Positions 6,199-13,042 of a DNA stretch of 19,246 bases are shown here, one piece after another (within the stretch, counting starts at the first letter, position 1; every line of letters begins with the position of its first letter). The notes beneath the pieces were generated by a model. That model worked only from the letters and a program-made list of their open reading frames with translations, did no database searches and was not told the origin of the DNA. The position numbers and the translations under genes were made by a program. This DNA is from Candidatus Iainarchaeum sp. (lineage in GTDB: Archaea; Iainarchaeota; Iainarchaeia; Iainarchaeales; CSSED10-239), in the NCBI GenBank assembly GCA_003559395.1, contig PWLL01000094.1:1-19246 (forward strand), in the 5' to 3' direction.

Positions 6199-7833
6199 AT
6201 GAATAATTCTTCAAATCAAAAATCTGAGTTTTTACCAGAAGGAACAAAAAGAGATAGAGGTAAAGATGCACAAAGATTAAATATACTGGTCGCAAGAGCA
6301 GTAGGAAATGCAGTAAAATCAACTTTAGGTCCTAGAGGAATGGATAAGATGCTTGTTGATGAATATGGAAATGTTACAGTAAGTAACGACGGAGCAGCAA
6401 TCCTAAAAGAAATGGCTATAGAACATCCTGTTGGAAAGATGTTAGTAGACCTTGCAAAAACACAAGACGAAGAAGTAGGAGACGGAACAACAAGTGCCGT
6501 TGTTTTTGCAGGAGGACTAGTTTCTAAAGCAGAAACACTTTTAGACGAAAATATACATCCTTCCATTATTATTAAAGGATATAAGATGGCTGCAGAAAAA
6601 GCTGCAGAACTATTTAAAGAAATTTCAGAAGAAATAACAATTAATGATAAAGAACTTTTACTAGATATTGCAAAAACCTCAATGACAGGAAAAGCATCAG
6701 AATATAGTGGAGGATTAGCACATATTGTTGTAGAAGCTATAAACAAAATATCTAAAATTTCTCATGAAAATCTTGATAAAGAACAAATAAAGATAGAACA
6801 AAAAGTCGGAGCAAACATTTCTGAATCAAAACTTGTAGATGGAATCGTGTTAGATAAAGAAATCGTACACTCAGAAATGCCAAGAGAAATAAATGATGCA
6901 AAAATATTATTGTTAAGTACGGCCTTAGAAATAAAAGAACCAGAAACAGAAGCAAAGATACAAATAACCTCTCCTGAGCAATTACAAGCCTTTTTAGATC
7001 AAGAAGAAAACACACTAAAACAAATGGTTGAACAAATAGAAGCAACAGGAGCAAATGTACTTATTTGTCAAAAAGGAATAGACGATCTTGCTCAACACTA
7101 TCTTGCACAAAAAGGAATCTGTGCGATTAGAAGAGTAAAACAATCAGATCTTGAAATGATTGCAAAAGCAACAAAAGCAAAAATTGTATCAAGACTAAAA
7201 GACGTAACAGAAAAAGAACTTGGATTTACAAAAAAGATATATGATAAAAAAATAGCAGGAGACCATATGTTCTTTATAGAAGGATGCCCAAACCCTAGAA
7301 CAGTAACAATTATTCTAAGAGGCACATCTGAACAAATCCTTGCAGAAACAGACAGGACTTTAACAGACGCAATAGGTGCAGTAATTTCTTCGTTAAAGAT
7401 AGGGCGCTATGTTGCAGCTGGAGGAGCATCAGAAATAGAAGTTTCTTTAAAACTAAAAGACTTTGCAAAAACAGTAGGCGGAAGAGAACAACTTGCTATT
7501 GAATGTTTTGCAGAAGTTTTAGATGTTATTCCAAAAACACTTTCAGAAAGTGCAGGCCTTGACGCAATAGATACAATCGTGTCCTTAAGAAATAAACATC
7601 AAGATCCAAAAAATAAATTTGTTGGAGTAGATGTGATCAATGGAACTTTAACAGACATGAAAGAAAAAAGAGTAATAGAACCATTAAACGTTAAAACACA
7701 AGCCATTACTTCAGCAGCAGAAGTTGCAGAAATGATCTTAAGAATAGACGATATCATCGCAGGATCAAAAGGGGGCCAAGGAGCTGGCCCACAAGGACAA
7801 CCAAATATGCCTAACATGCCAGGAATGATGTAG
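6199..7833 (+). CDS. ths: Thermosome subunit (group II chaperonin, Cpn60/TCP-1 family)
   Basis: Diagnostic motifs are 'LGPRGMDKMLVD', 'VSNDGAAILKEM', 'VGDGTTSAVVFAG' and 'AAGGASEIE'. Length is 544 aa, with a Gly/Met/Pro-rich C-terminal tail 'GGQGAGPQGQPNMPNMPGMM'. Confidence 0.97.
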   Translation: MNNSSNQKSEFLPEGTKRDRGKDAQRLNILVARAVGNAVKSTLGPRGMDKMLVDEYGNVTVSNDGAAILKEMAIEHPVGKMLVDLAKTQDEEVGDGTTSAVVFAGGLVSKAETLLDENIHPSIIIKGYKMAAEKAAELFKEISEEITINDKELLLDIAKTSMTGKASEYSGGLAHIVVEAINKISKISHENLDKEQIKIEQKVGANISESKLVDGIVLDKEIVHSEMPREINDAKILLLSTALEIKEPETEAKIQITSPEQLQAFLDQEENTLKQMVEQIEATGANVLICQKGIDDLAQHYLAQKGICAIRRVKQSDLEMIAKATKAKIVSRLKDVTEKELGFTKKIYDKKIAGDHMFFIEGCPNPRTVTIILRGTSEQILAETDRTLTDAIGAVISSLKIGRYVAAGGASEIEVSLKLKDFAKTVGGREQLAIECFAEVLDVIPKTLSESAGLDAIDTIVSLRNKHQDPKNKFVGVDVINGTLTDMKEKRVIEPLNVKTQAITSAAEVAEMILRIDDIIAGSKGGQGAGPQGQPNMPNMPGMM

Positions 7834-7834
7834 A

Positions 7835-7840
7835 TTTTTT
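7835..7840 (+). terminator. Oligo-T terminator candidate after the thermosome gene
   Basis: A T6 run sits immediately after the TAG stop. Archaeal termination typically uses oligo-T tracts. Confidence 0.4.
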
Positions 7841-7878
7841 AAAAAAATTATGGAAAGTAAGTCTTATATATAACCTAG

Positions 7879-7890
7879 GATATATATATT
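7879..7890 (+). promoter_or_regulatory. Putative TATA box of the OB-fold gene
   Basis: 'GATATATATATT' lies about 45 nt upstream of the ATG at 7931, next to a CCTAGG-centred palindrome and upstream of a hairpin (see findings). Confidence 0.35.
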
Positions 7891-7930
7891 ATTTATGGAC
7901 CTTCCATAAAAAACAAATAATGTGTTATAT

Positions 7931-8245
7931 ATGAAAATAGAAGAAATTAAGAGTTATCAAAAAAAGATAAATGTTTTAGCAAAAGTAATAGACAAAACAG
8001 AGATAAGAGAAGTAAACTCAAGACTAGACAACACAAAACACAATGTTTGTGAAGCAATACTCGCAGACGAAACAGGAAAAGTTTATCTTACCTTATGGGA
8101 TGACGCGATAGAGAAGATAGAAGTTGGAAAAACATATTTGTTCCAAAATTTGTTTTCTTCAGAATTTAAGAAAGAACTAAGACTTAATATAGGTCGTTTT
8201 GGAACCTTTGAAGAAACAGATCAAGAAGTTCAAGTAAAAGAATAA
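7931..8245 (+). CDS. Single OB-fold nucleic-acid-binding protein (archaeal RPA/SSB-like)
   Basis: The pattern 'INVLAKVIDKTEIREVNSRLDNTKHNVCEAILADETGKVYLTLWDDAIEKIEVGKTYLFQNLFSSEFKKELRLNIG' matches the canonical archaeal OB-fold pattern (V-x-x-V-x...-x-DETG-x-I-x-L-T-L-W-D-x-x-A...G-x-x-V-x-I-x-N-A...). The ORF track starts at a GTG at 7922; the ATG at 7931 is more likely. Confidence 0.8.
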   Translation: MKIEEIKSYQKKINVLAKVIDKTEIREVNSRLDNTKHNVCEAILADETGKVYLTLWDDAIEKIEVGKTYLFQNLFSSEFKKELRLNIGRFGTFEETDQEVQVKE

Positions 8246-8256
8246 TTGTTTCCTTC

Positions 8257-8263
8257 TTTTTTT
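8257..8263 (+). terminator. Oligo-T terminator candidate after the OB-fold gene
   Basis: A T7 run lies 12 nt after the TAA stop. Confidence 0.4.
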
Positions 8264-8289
8264 AAATCTTTTTATTTACTTATTCTTTA

Positions 8290-8365
8290 GGGAGTGTGGC
8301 TTAGCCTGGTTTAGAGCATTGGTCTTATACACCAAGGGTCGCAGGTTCAAATCCTGCCATTCCCA
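8290..8365 (+). tRNA. tRNA-Ile (anticodon UAU), 76 nt
   Basis: Hand-folded cloverleaf: acceptor GGGAGTG/CATTCCC (one G:U pair), discriminator A, D stem GCTT/GAGC, anticodon stem TTGGT/ACCAA, loop CTTATAC (U33, then U34-A35-U36), variable GGGTC, T stem GCAGG/CCTGC. Outside the anticodon arm and variable loop it differs from tRNA-Ile(GAU) at 3656..3731 at only 4 positions. Confidence 0.85.
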
Positions 8366-8415
8366 TCTTTTTATCTTTTTTTAAGATGTTTTATATTTAT
8401 ATTTAGTGGTTTTTT

Positions 8416-10200
8416 ATGAAAAACAAATATAATGAAAAAATAAACTTTAAAAAAAACACGAAAATATTTTGGAATATTTTTAAACCATATAAATGGTTTG
8501 GTTTTTTGATTTTGCTTTTAGTTTTTTTAGAGCAAATCGCAATGCTTGTAGATAGATATCTTATAAAGATAATCGTTGATGAAGGTACAAACTTTGTATC
8601 AAAAACAATCACTTTAGTAGAAATACAACAAATCATATTTTTGGTTTTGTTGTTTTTTGGAATTTTGTTGATTGTTAAATCATTGACTGTTTGGTTTTAT
8701 ACTCATTTAAGCAACATACTAGACGCCAGGTTAGCTTACGATCTTAAAAATAGATTTTTTAACCATATAATAAGATTATCATATAAATTTCACACCACAA
8801 ACAAAACAGGCTCCCTAATTTCAAAACTAATAAGAGGAACAAGTGCTTTAGAAAAAATAGTAGATACGCTTTTATATAATTTCATGCCACTTTTATTTCA
8901 GTTGTTGTTAGTCTTAATAACTGTGATCTATTTTGATTTTTTATCAGCACTAGTTATTTTTGTTACGATAGTGTTGTATATCATGTATGGTTATTTGATT
9001 TTATCAAAACAACAAACCCACAGAATAAAATATAATAAAGCAGAAGATAGAGAAAAAGGAACTGTTAGTGATGTTTTTACAAATATAGACTCTATTAAAT
9101 TTTATGGTAAAGAAAAAACAATTTCAAGAAAATATACAAAACTAACAGACATAGTAAAAGCAAACGCACTTAGATTTTGGAACTTTTATAAATGGATGGA
9201 TTTTGGACAAATAATAATTATTGGTCTAGGAAATATTTTTTTAATATATGTTTCAGTAAATAGTTTTTTAGCAGGAAACATAACTATCGGAACTTTAGCC
9301 TTTATTTATACGACCTTTAATGTTGTTATTTCTTATACTACAGGAGTAGTTTATGGTATAAGAAGAATCTATACATCAATGGCAGACTTTCAAGAACTTT
9401 TCAAATACTATTGTGTAGAAAACGAAATTAAAGACAAAAAACATGCAAAAAAACTAATCATAAATAAACCAACAATAGAATTTAAAGATGTTACCTTTTC
9501 ATATAATAAAAGAAAAATACTTACGAAATTTAATTTAAAAATACCAGCAAATAAAAAAGTTGCTTTTGTTGGAGAAACAGGTGCAGGAAAATCAACTATT
9601 ATAAGATTGCTATATAGATTGTATGACCCTCAAAAAGGAGAAATACTTATAGATAATAAAAATATTAAAGATGTTTTACAAGAATCCCTAAGATCAGAAC
9701 TTAGTATTGTTCCTCAAGAATGTGTTTTGTTTGATGATACAATATACAATAATATTAGATTTTCAAAACCAAAAGCAAAAAGAAAAGAAATATTAAAAGC
9801 AATGAAATTTGCACAATTAGATAAAATTATAAAAGAACTTCCAAATAAAGAAAGAACAATAGTAGGAGAACGAGGAGTAAAATTGTCTGGAGGAGAAAAA
9901 CAAAGAGTCTCTATTGCAAGAGCAATTTTAGCAAATAAACAAATATTAGTCTTAGATGAAGCAACCTCTTCACTAGATTCAGAAACAGAACACCAAATAC
10001 AACAAGATCTTAAAAAGCTAATGAAAGGAAGAACAAGCATTATTATTGCACATAGATTGTCAACAATTATGATGGCAGACATTATTGTTGTAATAAGTAA
10101 AGGAAAAATAAAACAAATAGGAACACACAAAGATCTAATAAAACACAAAAGTATTTATAAAAGACTATGGACGATTCAGAAAGGTGGATATATTAAATAA
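8416..10200 (+). CDS. ABC transporter, fused permease/ATPase half-transporter (ABCB / MsbA-MdlB-type exporter)
   Basis: An N-terminal six-helix-type TMD is followed by an NBD. NBD motifs are Walker A 'GETGAGKST', Q-loop 'IVPQE', signature 'LSGGEKQRVSIARA', Walker B 'ILVLDEATSSLD' and H-loop 'IIIAHRLST'. Confidence 0.95.
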   Translation: MKNKYNEKINFKKNTKIFWNIFKPYKWFGFLILLLVFLEQIAMLVDRYLIKIIVDEGTNFVSKTITLVEIQQIIFLVLLFFGILLIVKSLTVWFYTHLSNILDARLAYDLKNRFFNHIIRLSYKFHTTNKTGSLISKLIRGTSALEKIVDTLLYNFMPLLFQLLLVLITVIYFDFLSALVIFVTIVLYIMYGYLILSKQQTHRIKYNKAEDREKGTVSDVFTNIDSIKFYGKEKTISRKYTKLTDIVKANALRFWNFYKWMDFGQIIIIGLGNIFLIYVSVNSFLAGNITIGTLAFIYTTFNVVISYTTGVVYGIRRIYTSMADFQELFKYYCVENEIKDKKHAKKLIINKPTIEFKDVTFSYNKRKILTKFNLKIPANKKVAFVGETGAGKSTIIRLLYRLYDPQKGEILIDNKNIKDVLQESLRSELSIVPQECVLFDDTIYNNIRFSKPKAKRKEILKAMKFAQLDKIIKELPNKERTIVGERGVKLSGGEKQRVSIARAILANKQILVLDEATSSLDSETEHQIQQDLKKLMKGRTSIIIAHRLSTIMMADIIVVISKGKIKQIGTHKDLIKHKSIYKRLWTIQKGGYIK

Positions 10201-10276
10201 TTTTTGTTTTTGGTATGCTTTATAAACCCTTTGTTCTATTTATTATATTATATTTTAGTAAAATAAAAAGATAAAT

Positions 10277-11662
10277 ATGACTTTAGTATCAAGAAAATTG
10301 TTCTTTTGGATATTTGGTGTTGTCTTTTCTTTAGTAACCTATCTATTAATAGAAAACACAACTTTATTCATGAGTATACAAGAAAATACTGGCTACTCTT
10401 TAATAATTTCTTTAGTTATTATTGTTTTATTTTTTGTTTTAGGCCTATTGTTAGAAATGATAGACTATCCACTAAAATACTTGTTTAAATCAAAAAAGAA
10501 TATAAATCTTAATAATTTTTCAGAAGAACTAGAAAAAAATAAAAAAGATCAAGAACTTAAAATATTTTCAAAAAATTTAAGAAAAACACTAGATTTTATT
10601 GTAAAACAAAACTATTCAGACAAATCCCTAAACATCTTAAGAGAATTTGTTGGCTTTGATGAAGAATCTGTACAAAATATAATAAAACACACAAAAACAC
10701 AAAGAAAAATAAAGATCGTTTATTGGAGTTTAGGTATTGTTCTATCAACAATCAATATTTTCTTTGTAACAGCACATCCTGCATTTGAGTTTTTAAGAAC
10801 TACTTGGTTTGTTCCTTACGCTATTTCTCTTACTATCTTTTTGTTGTTTTTTGTTGAAGGAATATTAGTTATTAGAATGCCCTCTGCTTTTTATTTGAAT
10901 ATCCTAAACATAAATAGAGATAATCTTAAAAAAAATAAAAAACAAGTAAACGAAATGATTAATCAAAAACAAAAACTTTCAGAACAAAAAGACAAAGCCC
11001 TAGATAATGTTCTTAACTCTTTATCATATATGTTAAATATGAACATAAGTAAAGAAAAAATAATAGAACACCTAGAAAAAGAAGGAATAGATCCTAAATT
11101 GTCAGAACAACTAATAGAATCAGCAAAAAATAAAAACAAAAAAATAGATGCTAACAAAACACCTTTATTACTAAAATTATTTTTATCAAATGTTCATGAT
11201 GAGTTTAAATCCTTAAAAGAAATGTACTCACAAATAAAAGAAATAAGCGAAGGAGTAGGAGAAATAGAAAAAAAGCAAAAAAAACTAAGCGTCTTGTTAA
11301 ACGAAAACGCAGAAGGTTTAAAACAATTAGAAAAACAACAAAAACAATTAAAAAACATGGTCGGAAACAAATCAACTATTAAAGATAAAAAAATATCCAA
11401 AAAAATAAATATAGAAGCACCAGAAGAAAAAAACAAATATGTTGAAACTATATTTGAAACTATAAAACCATATACGAAAATATATACAAAAAACCAAATA
11501 GAATCATTCCTAATAAGCAATAACGTTGATATAGGTGCTATACAAGATGTTTTTTATCTATGCCAAAAAAGAAACATTTCATTTGCAAAAGATAAGAAAT
11601 CCTTAGGCACACAGTTTGTGTTCTTTGTAAATAATATTTATGATACTTTTAATAAAAAATGA
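10277..11662 (+). CDS. Hypothetical 4-TM membrane protein with cytoplasmic coiled coil and three copies of a ~28-aa helical motif
   Basis: There are two hydrophobic hairpins (aa ~8-26/40-62 and ~147-166/177-199) and Lys/Glu/Gln-rich predicted coiled-coil segments. The repeated motif sits at nt 10613-10696, 11045-11128 and 11483-11566. I recognise no family. Confidence 0.7.
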   Translation: MTLVSRKLFFWIFGVVFSLVTYLLIENTTLFMSIQENTGYSLIISLVIIVLFFVLGLLLEMIDYPLKYLFKSKKNINLNNFSEELEKNKKDQELKIFSKNLRKTLDFIVKQNYSDKSLNILREFVGFDEESVQNIIKHTKTQRKIKIVYWSLGIVLSTINIFFVTAHPAFEFLRTTWFVPYAISLTIFLLFFVEGILVIRMPSAFYLNILNINRDNLKKNKKQVNEMINQKQKLSEQKDKALDNVLNSLSYMLNMNISKEKIIEHLEKEGIDPKLSEQLIESAKNKNKKIDANKTPLLLKLFLSNVHDEFKSLKEMYSQIKEISEGVGEIEKKQKKLSVLLNENAEGLKQLEKQQKQLKNMVGNKSTIKDKKISKKINIEAPEEKNKYVETIFETIKPYTKIYTKNQIESFLISNNVDIGAIQDVFYLCQKRNISFAKDKKSLGTQFVFFVNNIYDTFNKK

Positions 11663-11668
11663 TAAAAT

Positions 11669-12958
11669 ATGGATGTATTACTTTTATTTTTATTTATTTC
11701 AATAATTTTTTTATTTGGTTTTTTTACAAATATTTTTTTTAGAAAAACAAAAATATCAAACATCTTTTTTTTACTTTTGATAGGCTATTTGTTAGGACCT
11801 GTTTTTAATATAATTCCTTTAGGAGATATAATTATACTTAATACCTTTACACCCTTCTTTGGATCACTAGCACTAATGGTTTTGTTGTTTGAAGGAGGAA
11901 TACATCTTAATTTTTATAAAGTTATAAAAGAATTTGGACATTCAATATCGTTTACTATAAGTGTTTTTTTGTTAACTGTTTTATTAACGGGAATTGTATT
12001 GCATTTGGTTTTTAGTTATTCTATATTATATGCTTTATTAATAGGATCTATTATTGGAGGAGTAAGCTCAGCAATAACCGTACCCTTATTACAAAAATCA
12101 AAAGCAAGCGAGGAAACCAAAACTGTATTAACTTTAGAATCTGCAATGAATGATGCGTTATGTGTTTTAATAGCGATATCTATAGTTCAGATAATGTTAG
12201 CAGGCACTCTGAATTTTCAAGTTGTTATGCAAGGAATTGTTGGTGCTTTTGCAATAGCAACAGTAATCGGTGTTGTTGGAGGAATCTTATGGTTGAAGAT
12301 ATTAAGAGATTCAACATATGCTAGAGAGTTTGGTTATTTATTAACTTTATCTTTTTTGTTTTTATTATATGTTGTAACAGAATACCTTCAAGGAACCGGT
12401 GCTTTTTGTGCACTTGTCTTTGGGTTGGTTTTAGGTAACGCTCCAGAGATACTCAAGATATTTAGAATGAAAGAATTTAGGATAGATAGAAACATTCTTA
12501 AATTTCAAAATGAAATATCTTTGTTTTTGAAAACTTTCTTTTTTGTTTATCTTGGATTGATTGTTGATTTATCTATATTGAATTTAAATATTATATTTAT
12601 AGTGGTGTTATTGTTTATAATTATTTTACTTGCAAGAATATTGTCAGTATCACTATTATTTTCAAAAACAGAAGTTTTAAAGAAAGATAGAGACACTTTT
12701 GTTTCATTACATGCAAGAGGACTAGCTGCAGCAGTTTTAGCAACCTATCCTATATCTGTAGGTTTAGTGGACCCCCAAGCATACACAATACTACCAATTG
12801 CATTTTTAATTATCTTTTTAACAAACTTTACAACAACAATTTATTTTTTCATTTCAGAAAAAAAGAAACCAGAAAAGAAAGAAGAAAATAAATTTGTTGG
12901 TACTAAAGAAGAAATAGAAAAACTTAAGAAAAATGTAGACGAAAGTATAAGTTTTTAA
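11669..12958 (+). CDS. Monovalent cation:proton antiporter, CPA1 (NhaP-type Na+(K+)/H+ exchanger)
   Basis: This polytopic membrane protein (about 11-13 helices) carries 'LLFEGGIHLN' and 'LTLESAMNDALCVLI', the latter containing the N-D pair characteristic of electroneutral CPA1 exchangers. It has no C-terminal KTN/TrkA domain. It starts 6 nt after the upstream gene. Confidence 0.85.
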   Translation: MDVLLLFLFISIIFLFGFFTNIFFRKTKISNIFFLLLIGYLLGPVFNIIPLGDIIILNTFTPFFGSLALMVLLFEGGIHLNFYKVIKEFGHSISFTISVFLLTVLLTGIVLHLVFSYSILYALLIGSIIGGVSSAITVPLLQKSKASEETKTVLTLESAMNDALCVLIAISIVQIMLAGTLNFQVVMQGIVGAFAIATVIGVVGGILWLKILRDSTYAREFGYLLTLSFLFLLYVVTEYLQGTGAFCALVFGLVLGNAPEILKIFRMKEFRIDRNILKFQNEISLFLKTFFFVYLGLIVDLSILNLNIIFIVVLLFIIILLARILSVSLLFSKTEVLKKDRDTFVSLHARGLAAAVLATYPISVGLVDPQAYTILPIAFLIIFLTNFTTTIYFFISEKKKPEKKEENKFVGTKEEIEKLKKNVDESISF

Positions 12959-13042
12959 TAAGAAAATAAATTTATAAAGTGATTTGTTTATAAATGGTTT
13001 GTAATTTAAATATTATAGACCATATTAAAAAAATATTAAAAA

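Noticed and set aside
6216-7817. Four antisense ORFs inside the thermosome gene: 6216..6746, 6752..7054, 7098..7325 and 7599..7817, all on the minus strand
   Set aside because: They lie entirely within a confidently identified, highly conserved CDS on the opposite strand. Their products are low-complexity Ser/Leu/Phe-rich strings, typical of shadow ORFs.
12970-12995. A perfect 9-bp inverted repeat, ATTTATAAA-N8-TTTATAAAT, just after the antiporter stop. I considered it as a terminator hairpin or operator.
   Set aside because: The stem is entirely A/T, so it is weak as RNA structure and easily arises by chance in DNA this AT-rich. It also overlaps plausible TATA-like promoter sequence for the next gene. 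I found no other copy in the window.
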